Made by a program: the position numbers and the translations under genes. The notes beneath the pieces are model-generated. The model saw only the letters and a program-made list of their open reading frames with translations. It was not told the DNA's origin and searched no databases. DNA of 64,000 bases from a bacterium (lineage in GTDB: Bacteria; Patescibacteriota; Minisyncoccia; Phycocordibacterales; UBA1550), in contig JAUSES010000013.1 in NCBI GenBank assembly GCA_030649835.1, forward strand, positions 9,317-73,316, written 5' to 3'. Shown here one piece after another: positions 1-10,166 of the stretch (position 1 is its first letter; each line of letters begins with the position of its first letter).

Positions 1-72
1 ACATTTGGGATGAAAATTCACAAGGGGAACAGGGGGGTGCACAAAAGGAACATTTGGGACGAGGGGAACAGA

Positions 73-101
73 AACGCACAGTCGCTACGCGACTGTGCGT
101 T
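73..101. repeat. Perfect 13-bp-stem palindrome (aacgcacagtcgc-tac-gcgactgtgcgtt). It sits inside a larger imperfect palindrome (GGGGAAC ... GTTCCCC arms, about 25..155).
   Basis: Read directly: the two arms are exact reverse complements. The flanking GGGGAACAG and CCCCGTTCCCC motifs are in inverted orientation. Confidence 0.7.
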
Positions 102-172
102 CCCTAATTTTCGTGCATCCCCGTTCCCCCAGTGAGCCATTGTTCCCCTTGTCCCGAATGTCTACAAAGTCT

Positions 173-202
173 TTGACTCCAAAGACTTTGTAGTGGTATA
201 CT
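173..202 (+). promoter_or_regulatory. Sigma70-like promoter TTGACT-N18-TATACT (extended TGGTATACT), embedded in a perfect 13-bp-stem palindrome (162..193). The -10 ends 9 nt before the ATG at 212, so the transcript is probably leaderless.
   Basis: TTGACT at 173-178 and TATACT at 197-202. The palindrome ctacaaagtcttt/aaagactttgtag overlaps the -35 and spacer, which is operator-like. Confidence 0.4.
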
Positions 203-211
203 AGAATAATT

Positions 212-625
212 ATGGAACCAAATCAAACACCAAAGAAAATTATTATAGTTGACGATGATAAATTTTTGTTAGACATGTACACCTTCAAATTTAAGGAGAG
301 AGGGTTTGATGTTACGCAGGCATATGGCAGTGTTGACGCACTCAATAAATTAAAAGGTGGCATTGTCGCCGATATCCTTCTTATTGATATCGTCATTCCT
401 ACCATGGATGGCTTTGATCTGCTTACTATTATCAAAAACGAAAATCTCGCACCTGATGCAAAGGTTGTCATTCTTTCAAATCTGGGACAACCAGCGGATA
501 TTGAAAAAGGTAGAAACCTCGGCGCAAATGGCTACGTTATTAAAGCATCATCTACTCCGTCTGAAGTAGTGGAGAAAGTGCTCATTGTTTTGGGTGGGGA
601 GGATTCGTTTGCAAAAGTAGATTAA
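212..625 (+). CDS. Stand-alone response-regulator receiver domain protein (CheY-like; a PilH/PilG-like role is possible).
   Basis: The protein shows the receiver-domain pattern: an acidic pocket (IIIVDDD), a later Asp (LLIDIVIPTMDG), and a conserved Lys region (GYVIKA). At 137 aa it has no output domain. Confidence 0.8.
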   Translation: MEPNQTPKKIIIVDDDKFLLDMYTFKFKERGFDVTQAYGSVDALNKLKGGIVADILLIDIVIPTMDGFDLLTIIKNENLAPDAKVVILSNLGQPADIEKGRNLGANGYVIKASSTPSEVVEKVLIVLGGEDSFAKVD

Positions 626-650
626 CGTTTACGATTTATTAAATAAAAAA

Positions 651-1727
651 ATGCCAACCCGTAACTATAAAGAGGAGATTGAGGTACTCATCATGCGTGC
701 GATTGGTGATGGGGCATCTGATATCCACATATCAGCGGGGCATTATCCTACATTTCGTATTTCTGGCAATCTCGTGCCACTTATGAATTTGTCCGTCCTC
801 ACACCTGAAGACACTATGGGAATCCTCACAGAGATTATCACACCAGAGTTTAAGGATCGCTTTTTACAGAACAAAGAAATAGATTTTTCTTATGAATTTT
901 ATGACAAAGGGCGTTTTCGCGGAAGCGCATTTTATCAAAAGAACTCAGTTGGGATTGCGCTGCGAGCAATCCCAACACAGGTGCAGACTATCAGCGAGCT
1001 TAACCTCCCCCCCATCCTTGAGGTGTTTACGAAGAAAAAGCAAGGGTTCTTTCTTGTTGTGGGTCCAGTTGGGCAGGGCAAGTCCACTACACTTGCCTCA
1101 ATGGTAGAGCTTATCAACCGCGAACGCGCAGAACATATCGTGACTATTGAAGATCCGATTGAATATTTATTTAACTCTCAGAAGGCGATTATTGATCAGC
1201 GCGAAGTGGGTATCGATACTAAGGATTTTAAATCAGGACTACAGGCAGTGTTTCGCCAGGATGTAGATGTTATTATGATTGGGGAAATGCGTGACCCAGA
1301 AACAATCTCCACAGCAGTCACCGCCGCAGAGACAGGACACCTTGTTTTATCCACACTCCACACCAACAACGCCTCTCAGACCATAGATCGCATTATCGAC
1401 TCTTTTCCCGGCGACCAGCAATCACAAATACGCGTTCAGCTTGCAGGAAGCTTACTCGGGATTTTTTCACAGCGACTCGTACCGCGTATTTCCGGCGGAC
1501 TCATTCCTGCATACGAGCTTCTTATAAACAACACCGCGGTCTCAAGCCTCATTCGCGAGGGTCGTACGCATGAGGTAGATGTAATCATTGAGACAGGTAT
1601 GAAGGACGGAATGATTGACATGAATCGCAGTCTCTCAACCCTGGTATTAAACGGAGAGGTCACTCCAGAAAATGCATTGCTCTATTCGTTTAATCCAAAG
1701 GGTTTGGAGAGAATGTTACATTCGTAA
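651..1727 (+). CDS. pilT: Type IV pilus retraction ATPase PilT (twitching motility).
   Basis: Walker A GPVGQGKSTTLASM, TIEDPIEY, IMIGEMRD and AAETGHLVLSTLHT match PilT/PilU-family hallmarks. The true start may be the internal Met (MRAIGDGASDIHI). Confidence 0.85.
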   Translation: MPTRNYKEEIEVLIMRAIGDGASDIHISAGHYPTFRISGNLVPLMNLSVLTPEDTMGILTEIITPEFKDRFLQNKEIDFSYEFYDKGRFRGSAFYQKNSVGIALRAIPTQVQTISELNLPPILEVFTKKKQGFFLVVGPVGQGKSTTLASMVELINRERAEHIVTIEDPIEYLFNSQKAIIDQREVGIDTKDFKSGLQAVFRQDVDVIMIGEMRDPETISTAVTAAETGHLVLSTLHTNNASQTIDRIIDSFPGDQQSQIRVQLAGSLLGIFSQRLVPRISGGLIPAYELLINNTAVSSLIREGRTHEVDVIIETGMKDGMIDMNRSLSTLVLNGEVTPENALLYSFNPKGLERMLHS

Positions 1728-1955
1728 AACAAAGTCTAATGTTAAATTTCAAATTTTTAAATTACCTTGAATTACGAAACTACCATATTTCGTCTTTTGA
1801 ATCAGCAGATTCACGTCTTGGACGAAGACCTTCAGAAGCAATCCAGGACTTATAGATTGCTTCGTCAGAGTACTTCCTCGCAAAGACAGGAAACCAGGGT
1901 TTTGTAATTCAAAGTTTACAAAATTGGAAATTAAACATTTAAAATTATAACTACC

Positions 1956-3152
1956 ATGTTATTCACATACAAAGCTGTTACAAAAGAAGGACGCGAAACA
2001 TCCGGCGAAATTGACGCACAAGGTCAAGACTCGGCGATAAACGCGCTTCAGAGAAGTGGTCTCGTGGTGGTTTCTGTGCGACCAGCTGACCAAAAGAAAC
2101 TATTTGAGTTGGACATCAACATTTTCAACAGAGTTTCCCTAAAAGAAATTTCAATTATTTCTCGCCAGATAGCAACGCTCCTTGATGCACACGTTCCTGC
2201 ACTCAAAACCTTTCGGCTCATTGGATCAGAATCTGAAAACCCGCTTGCCGCAAAAAAGTTTACAGAGATTTCAGATGACATCCAAAATGGTGTTCCAATT
2301 TCAGGTGCGTTATTCAAACACCCGAGCCTCTTTTCAGATTTTTATGTAAATATGGTCATTGGAGGAGAGGAGTCAGGAAAACTTGCCGAGACTTTTGGAG
2401 CACTTGCAGACTATCTCGAGCGTTCGTCCGAGCTTGTATCAAAAGCGCGTGGCGCGCTTATCTATCCAGCGTTTGTTATCGGTACGTTCGTCATAGTGAT
2501 GGTGCTTATGCTTACCCTTGTTATCCCAAAGCTTTCCGAGATCATTACGCAGAGTGGTCAGGAGGTACCATTTTATACAACCATTGTCCTGAAGACGAGT
2601 TTTATTTTAATAAACTATGGTATTTTTGTTGCAATGCTTCTTGTTCTCGCATTGTTCCTTGTGTGGCGGTATACGCGAGGAACAAGCTTTATTGCTCATG
2701 CAAAGCTCAGCTTTCCGGTGATTGGCAATCTGTATAAGATGCTCTATTTGTCCCGCATTACCGACAATATGCACGTGATGCTCTCTAATGGTATTTCTAT
2801 GGTGCGATCCATCGAGATTTCTGCAAAGGTAGTAGACAATGAAATCTATCAGGATATTCTTGCGAAGTCCGTCATTGCGGTAAAAGGTGGTGCGCCTCTC
2901 TCAGCCACGCTCATGGGGCACTCTGAAATTCCTAATGTGCTGATACAAATGATAAAAGTGGGGGAGGAGACCGGGGAGCTCGGTAATATTCTTCAAAAAC
3001 TTTCCCTATTTTACAAGCGAGAGGTTGAAAATGCTATAGCTACCGTGATCTCGATGATTGAACCGGTGATGATTGTAGCACTCGGTATTGGCGTAGGAGG
3101 AGTGCTCGCATCAGTGCTTATTCCGATCTATCAGATCGCGGGGAATGTCTAG
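1956..3152 (+). CDS. pilC: Type IV pilus assembly platform protein PilC (GspF family).
   Basis: About 400 aa with three TM segments and duplicated GspF-like domains (…EESGKL… and …EETGEL… motifs). Confidence 0.8.
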   Translation: MLFTYKAVTKEGRETSGEIDAQGQDSAINALQRSGLVVVSVRPADQKKLFELDINIFNRVSLKEISIISRQIATLLDAHVPALKTFRLIGSESENPLAAKKFTEISDDIQNGVPISGALFKHPSLFSDFYVNMVIGGEESGKLAETFGALADYLERSSELVSKARGALIYPAFVIGTFVIVMVLMLTLVIPKLSEIITQSGQEVPFYTTIVLKTSFILINYGIFVAMLLVLALFLVWRYTRGTSFIAHAKLSFPVIGNLYKMLYLSRITDNMHVMLSNGISMVRSIEISAKVVDNEIYQDILAKSVIAVKGGAPLSATLMGHSEIPNVLIQMIKVGEETGELGNILQKLSLFYKREVENAIATVISMIEPVMIVALGIGVGGVLASVLIPIYQIAGNV

Positions 3153-3158
3153 CGCGAG

Positions 3159-3200
3159 ATAGATAGGATATAGAATTTAGGATTTAGAATATAGAAGGGG
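3159..3200. repeat. AT-rich tandem heptamer array (GRATWTA units). It is the left arm of a nested palindrome.
   Basis: atagata|ggatata|gaattta|ggattta|gaatata|gaagggg. The downstream array at 3241..3284 is its approximate reverse complement. Confidence 0.6.
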
Positions 3201-3232
3201 AAGGATTGCCTTCGGCAATCCTTCCCCTGTTT
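3201..3232 (+). terminator. GC-rich hairpin (14-bp stem, TTCG loop) after pilC. Probable terminator or attenuator.
   Basis: ggggaaggattgcc ttcg ggcaatccttcccc is a perfect stem. It is followed by tgtttg, a weak U tract. Confidence 0.5.
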
Positions 3233-3240
3233 GAATCACG

Positions 3241-3284
3241 TATTATCCTAAATTCTAAATCCTATATTCTACCTTCTTCCCCGT
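3241..3284. repeat. AT-rich tandem heptamer array (ANNTYCT units, …cctatattctacc). It is the right arm of the nested palindrome.
   Basis: tatcct|aaattct|aaatcct|atattct|accttct. Same family as the arrays at 5745, 7048, 45900 and 55876. Confidence 0.6.
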
Positions 3285-3446
3285 TATCCACACCCCCCTC
3301 ACCAAACTATTGCATTAAAAATACTATAGGTGGTATAATATCCAAGTGTGGGAGAGAGGGCGGCGATATGGCCATGCCGCTCTCTCTCACAAAAATGAAT
3401 TTAAAGAATTTACATTATCAAGTTAATTACTCGTTTTAAAAATAAT

Positions 3447-3941
3447 ATGAAAAATAAAGGTTTTACACTTATCGAACTCTTGGTGGTTATCGCAATCATC
3501 GGTATCCTCGCATCTGTTGTTCTCGCATCGCTCAACAGCGCTCGTGCAAAGGGTGCGGATGCAGCGGTTAAGGCAAGTTTGGCCAATGCTCGCGCTCAAG
3601 CAGAGCTTCTTTATGACACACCAGGCTGTTATACAACTGCTGGTGGGACATGTCTTGCTGCTGGATTCCCCAAGGCAACATGTACCTACGCTACAGCAAA
3701 CACACTCTTCAATGATACAAAAATATCACAACAGATTGCTGCTGCTATAGCTGCAACAAACGGGCTCTCATCCTGTATGGAAGCAGCAAATGATACAGCC
3801 TGGGCAACCGCGGTACAGTTAAAAGTTAACCCTCTAACCGCATGGTGCGTGGACAGTACCGGCGCCTCAAAGCAAGTAACAATGGCAACGAATGATCAAG
3901 CAGGTATTGACCTAATGATTGGAGCATCAGTTTGTATTTAA
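3447..3941 (+). CDS. Type IV major pilin (PilA-like prepilin).
   Basis: MKNKG|FTLIELLVVIAIIGILA is a class III signal: short leader, F+1, E+5, hydrophobic helix. Cys pairs lie in the C-terminal region. An upstream TGGTATAAT -10 at about 3330 is followed by a roughly 100-nt leader with a hairpin. Confidence 0.8.
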   Translation: MKNKGFTLIELLVVIAIIGILASVVLASLNSARAKGADAAVKASLANARAQAELLYDTPGCYTTAGGTCLAAGFPKATCTYATANTLFNDTKISQQIAAAIAATNGLSSCMEAANDTAWATAVQLKVNPLTAWCVDSTGASKQVTMATNDQAGIDLMIGASVCI

Positions 3942-4007
3942 TTCGTAGAAAGTGAATAGAAAGGGGAAACGGTATCAGGTACCCTTTCCAAACAAAACAC
4001 TCGCCAT

Positions 4008-4068
4008 CCAGCGGGTGTTTTGTTTTGCTCGCCCCGCGCTACTCCTACCGAGGTTAAACCTCGGTGGA
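4008..4068 (+). repeat. REP-like element, copy 1. It contains the palindromic hairpin CGAGGTTAAACCTCG.
   Basis: A 61-nt segment (ccagcgggtgttttg…ctcctaccgaggttaaacctcggtgga) is near-identical to 4818..4880. It lies directly upstream of the RAYT gene. Confidence 0.7.
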
Positions 4069-4095
4069 GACGCGTGTTTGTGCTACTATGAATGT

Positions 4096-4767
4096 ATGTC
4101 ACGAAATATAGATTTCTCTATCAACGAGTATTACCATCTTTATAACCGCGGTGTAGATAAACGCACAGTGTTTATGGATGCTGAGGATTACAAGAGATTC
4201 ACCGCGCTACTTTATCTTGCCAATAATACAAACAGCGTACACATGAATAATTTAAACCACCGAGGTTTAACCTCGCTGGACGTACTTTCGATCGAGAAGG
4301 GAGACACTCTTGTTGATATTGGGGCATATTGTTTGATGCCAAATCATTTCCATGTTCTCGTGCGAGAAAAAATTGAGAGTGGGATCAGTATATTTATGCA
4401 AAAAGTAATGACAGGATACACGATGTACTTTAATAAAAAATACAAAAGAACGGGAGCGCTTTTTGGTGGCACCTTTAAAGCACAGCATGTTGCTCGTGAC
4501 ACGTATCTAAAATATCTTTTTGCGTATATTCATTTGAACCCAATCAAACTTGTAGATTCGAACTGGAAGGAAAATGGTATCTCTGATAAAAAGAAGGCTG
4601 AGAGGTATCTGAATTCTTATCTGTATTCGAGTTACCTCGACTTTAAAGGAACAGACCGAGAAGAAAAGTCGATTTTGAACAAAGATGCATTTCCACAATA
4701 TTTTAGTACCAATGTTGAATTTCGCAGTTTTGTATCTTGGTGGCTAAATTTTAAGGACGAAAAATAG
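4096..4767 (+). CDS. REP-associated tyrosine transposase (RAYT) / IS200-like Y1 (HuH) transposase.
   Basis: The HuH motif CLMPNHFHVLV and the downstream YIHLNPIK/…Y region are typical of the IS200/IS605 TnpA / RAYT family. The in-frame ATG at 4096 gives about 223 aa. The listed ORF from 3952 would run through the REP element. Confidence 0.65.
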   Translation: MSRNIDFSINEYYHLYNRGVDKRTVFMDAEDYKRFTALLYLANNTNSVHMNNLNHRGLTSLDVLSIEKGDTLVDIGAYCLMPNHFHVLVREKIESGISIFMQKVMTGYTMYFNKKYKRTGALFGGTFKAQHVARDTYLKYLFAYIHLNPIKLVDSNWKENGISDKKKAERYLNSYLYSSYLDFKGTDREEKSILNKDAFPQYFSTNVEFRSFVSWWLNFKDEK

Positions 4768-4782
4768 GCGAACGCTTACCTT

Positions 4783-4803
4783 CAGTGAGGTTAAACCTCA
4801 CTG
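4783..4803. repeat. Perfect 21-bp palindrome cagtgaggttaaacctcactg (REP-like hairpin variant).
   Basis: Read directly. It shares the GAGGTTAAACCTC core with the flanking REP copies. Confidence 0.7.
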
Positions 4804-4817
4804 AAAACCTCGGTGAA

Positions 4818-4880
4818 CCAGCGGGTGTTTTGGTTTACTCGTACCGCTCGCCACTCCTACCGAGGTTAAACCTCGGTGGA
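4818..4880 (+). repeat. REP-like element, copy 2 (direct repeat of 4008..4068).
   Basis: ccagcgggtgttttggtttactcgtaccgctcgccactcctaccgaggttaaacctcggtgga. Confidence 0.7.
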
Positions 4881-4935
4881 AACATTCTGGAGGTTTTTTA
4901 AGAGATTTTTGTGATTGGCATGGTAGAATATTCAT

Positions 4936-5742
4936 ATGGATTTCTTAATGCTCGTCAATGTTTTTATTTTTGGGACTATTGTGGGGAGCTTTTTGAATGT
5001 GGTTGTCTATCGTTACAATAGTGGCAGATCCCCACTCACCGGCCGGTCGCAGTGTTTCTCGTGCGGAAAAACACTATCATGGTATGAGCTTGTCCCCGTT
5101 TTTAGCTTCCTTGTGCAGGGTGGGAGATGCCGAAAATGTAAAACAAAACTATCGTGGCAGTATCCGTTAGTTGAAGTACTTTCAGGAATTATTTTTGTTT
5201 CAGTTTTTATGCAGAGTAAGTCCATGGTGGAGACAGCACTTCTCCTTTCTGTTTTTTCAACACTCCTTGTCATTGCAGTGTATGATTTACGGCACCAAAT
5301 CATTCCCGACGGGCTCGCTATACTTTTTGCAGTGCTCGGACTCGCTCAGTTTTTCATTTTAGTTGATATTTCTCGGGCATTTCAGTTTCCTCACGTGTGG
5401 ACGCTCATTGCGGGGCCGATGCTTTTTCTACCATTTTGGTTACTATGGTTTGTGTCTCAGGGGAGATGGATTGGGCTCGGGGACGGTAAGCTTGCGTGGG
5501 GAATAGGCTGGTTTCTTGGAGCAGCACTCGGTGGCTCAGCGGTAATACTCGCGTTTTGGATAGGGGCGGCGTATGCACTTTGCATCATGACAGTGCAGAA
5601 ATTTTTTACCAAAACAAAGGATAAATTATCTCTAAAAAGCGAAATCCCCTTCGGCCCATTCCTCATTTTAGCCACAATTATTGTATACTTTACAGGAGTG
5701 AATTTTTTTGACGGCTCGGTCAACCTTCTCACCTTTTTATGA
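4936..5742 (+). CDS. pilD: Prepilin peptidase PilD (A24 family).
   Basis: N-terminal tetra-Cys zinc motif (CFSCGKTL … CRKCKTKL) and a polytopic membrane domain with conserved Asp-containing segments (…VYDLRHQIIPDGL… and …GLGDGKLAWG…). TGGTAGAAT lies 6 nt upstream of the ATG. Confidence 0.8.
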   Translation: MDFLMLVNVFIFGTIVGSFLNVVVYRYNSGRSPLTGRSQCFSCGKTLSWYELVPVFSFLVQGGRCRKCKTKLSWQYPLVEVLSGIIFVSVFMQSKSMVETALLLSVFSTLLVIAVYDLRHQIIPDGLAILFAVLGLAQFFILVDISRAFQFPHVWTLIAGPMLFLPFWLLWFVSQGRWIGLGDGKLAWGIGWFLGAALGGSAVILAFWIGAAYALCIMTVQKFFTKTKDKLSLKSEIPFGPFLILATIIVYFTGVNFFDGSVNLLTFL

Positions 5743-6323
5743 AAATTCTCCATTCTCCATTCTCCATTCCCCATTCTGCCCTTCAGGGTTTTACCCTTGT
5801 CGAACTTCTTGTATCAATCGGTATTTTTACGATCATGACTGGTGTTGTTCTTGCAAATTATCGCACCTACAATACGAATGCTAATTTCGCAAACTCTTCG
5901 GAAGATATTGTTTTAGCCCTTCGTCAAGCACAGGTATATGGGGTGAGTGTAAAAGGTGAGAGCTCCTCGTTTAACATACCTTATGGTGTTTCGTTTGACA
6001 TATCTTCTACTGGTAAACCAAACCAAATAATTCTGTTTGCAGATAAAGATAGTGATGGAATATATGCACCAGCGAGTGACTCTATTGTGCAGACAATCAC
6101 ATGGCAAAGCCCCATTGGTATTACGGCACTTGAGTGCGGAAGCGTGCCATGCACCGGCGGTGTACTTAATGTAACGTTCAAGCGTCCCAATCCCGATGCG
6201 CGCATTACTCAAGGGGCGACAGTAGACGACTCTGTGCAGATTGCTAAAATCACCGTTGGAAATGGTGGCACAAAGACGAGCACCATAACGATTTCCAAGG
6301 CTGGGCAAATCTCTATTCAATGA
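5739..6323 (+). CDS. Pseudopilin / minor type IV pilin with a long leader.
   Basis: MKILHSPFSIPHSALQG|FTLVELLVSIGIFTIM has the class III signal with F+1 and E+5. The 17-aa leader is encoded by (ATTCTCC)3-ATTCCCC-ATTCTGC heptamer repeats. The ATGA overlaps the pilD stop. Confidence 0.7.
   Translation: MKILHSPFSIPHSALQGFTLVELLVSIGIFTIMTGVVLANYRTYNTNANFANSSEDIVLALRQAQVYGVSVKGESSSFNIPYGVSFDISSTGKPNQIILFADKDSDGIYAPASDSIVQTITWQSPIGITALECGSVPCTGGVLNVTFKRPNPDARITQGATVDDSVQIAKITVGNGGTKTSTITISKAGQISIQ
5745..5779 (+). repeat. Tandem heptanucleotide repeat (ATTCTCC)x3 + ATTCCCC + ATTCTGC inside the first codons of the pseudopilin gene.
   Basis: Read directly. Period 7 is not a multiple of 3. Confidence 0.8.
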
Positions 6324-6324
6324 T

Positions 6325-6936
6325 ATGAAAAACCCGCAATACTCAACATTTGATATATCTCGCCCCACATCAAGGGGATTCACTCGCCAAAATTTTTCAA
6401 AGAAAAACTTAGGGGGGTTTACTCTTGTTGAAATGATCGTTGCCCTCGGACTCTTTACTATAGTGCTATTTATTGCAACGAGCGCATTTCTTTCAATTGT
6501 AAATGCAGACAGAAAGGCACGAGCTGTTCGTGTTGCGGCCGATAACCTAAACATTGCACTTGAAGATATGTCGCGTAGAATTAAAACAGGCACAAGTTAT
6601 TATTGTGGACCAGGAGGGGATGCGCTACTTTCTGTGAAGGATTGTGCGAGTGGGGGGAACACACTCTTCTTTACTGGTCAGGATGGATTTAGGACTATGT
6701 ATACACTGGACAGCAGTGGTGCAATTTTACGTTCCATTGCTCCAGACGCACCAATATCGGCAACTTCCCCTGAAATAAAAATCACCAGTCTTAATTTTAT
6801 TGTGAATGGTAGCGACCCAACAGATAAAATACAGCCAGTCGTCGCAATCTCCATAAGTGGGTCACTGAGCGCAGGTACGGCAAATACTACATTCAAAATG
6901 CAAACCACCGTAACACAGCGACAATATGATAATTGA
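6325..6936 (+). CDS. Pseudopilin / minor type IV pilin with a long leader.
   Basis: …KKNLGG|FTLVEMIVALGLFTIVLF. The 31-aa N-terminal extension (containing SRGFTRQNF) has no internal alternative start. Confidence 0.65.
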   Translation: MKNPQYSTFDISRPTSRGFTRQNFSKKNLGGFTLVEMIVALGLFTIVLFIATSAFLSIVNADRKARAVRVAADNLNIALEDMSRRIKTGTSYYCGPGGDALLSVKDCASGGNTLFFTGQDGFRTMYTLDSSGAILRSIAPDAPISATSPEIKITSLNFIVNGSDPTDKIQPVVAISISGSLSAGTANTTFKMQTTVTQRQYDN

Positions 6937-6941
6937 TAGGT

Positions 6942-6977
6942 GGAATAGAGAATGGAGAATAGGGGATGGTGAATGGA
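6942..6977. repeat. Tandem heptamers GAATRGN x5 (complement orientation of the CCATTCY family).
   Basis: gaataga|gaatgga|gaatagg|ggatggt|gaatgg. Confidence 0.6.
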
Positions 6978-7018
6978 CGAAAGAACAGAAAATATGAAAT
7001 ACAAAATATTAAAAATAG

Positions 7019-7082
7019 GAATGGAGAATGGAGAATGGAGAATAAAAATTCCCCATTCCCCATTCCCCATTCCCCATTCTAC
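7019..7082. repeat. Inverted heptamer arrays (GAATGGA)x3-GAATAAA | (ATTCCCC)x4-ATTCTAC. They form a long imperfect palindrome centred near 7046, inside the pseudopilin leader-coding region.
   Basis: Read directly. The two halves are approximate reverse complements. Confidence 0.75.
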
Positions 7083-7619
7083 CCAGCGGGGCTTCACTCT
7101 CGTGGAAACACTCATCGCGATTTCAATCCTCCTTGTCGCTGTGGTAACACCAATCTCACTTATTGGAGATTCACTTCACAAACTTTACTATGCACGAGAT
7201 GAAATGGTCGCTATTAATCTCGCGCAGGAGGGGATAGAGGTGGTGCGCTACGTGAGAGACTCAAACTTGCTCGCGTCTGTACCATGGACAAAGGGACTTC
7301 ATAATTCCAATGAAAAGAATGGATATATTGTTGATGCTGCAAGCATTAGCGGTGCAACTAATTCTTATTTTAAAAAGTGCAATGGCAACAATACAGAATG
7401 TCTAGCCCCACAGCCAATATATTTCGACTCCGCAACAGGGTTTTATAGTCAAGGTCTTTCTGTGGGTGGAACTGTTTCCTTAACGCAATTCAAGCGCCTT
7501 GTCACAACAGAGGATGTTTCCGGAAATGTAAATGAGATAAAGGTTACTTCTACAGTAGAATGGATGACAGGTGGGCAGGCAGGGTCGATTGTGGTTACTG
7601 AAAATCTTTTTAAACTGAA

Positions 7620-7623
<4 letters not shown>
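7021..7623 (+). CDS. Pseudopilin / minor type IV pilin with a long leader.
   Basis: MENGEWRIKIPHSPFPIPHSTQRG|FTLVETLIAISILLV. The in-frame ATG at 7021 lies within the heptamer array. The listed ORF start at 6973 is further upstream. Confidence 0.6.
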
Positions 7624-10162
<2,539 letters not shown>

Positions 10163-10166
10163 AATT

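Noticed and set aside
5913-6593. 226-aa minus-strand ORF overlapping pseudopilin genes 1 and 2. Other antisense ORFs of the same kind are 6678..7115, 8188..8814 within ligA, and 11927..12325 within gatA.
   Set aside because: They lie antisense to well-supported genes with clear family motifs. They are low-complexity mirror translations (for example HSPFSIP from the heptamer repeats) with no recognisable domains.
6937-7090. (ATTCC)-like satellite resemblance (ccattccccattcccc), suggesting human satellite II/III contamination.
   Set aside because: The period is 7, not 5. The repeats are embedded in-frame in bacterial pilin genes with intact flanking coding sequence. The same family recurs in bacterial intergenic contexts across the window.
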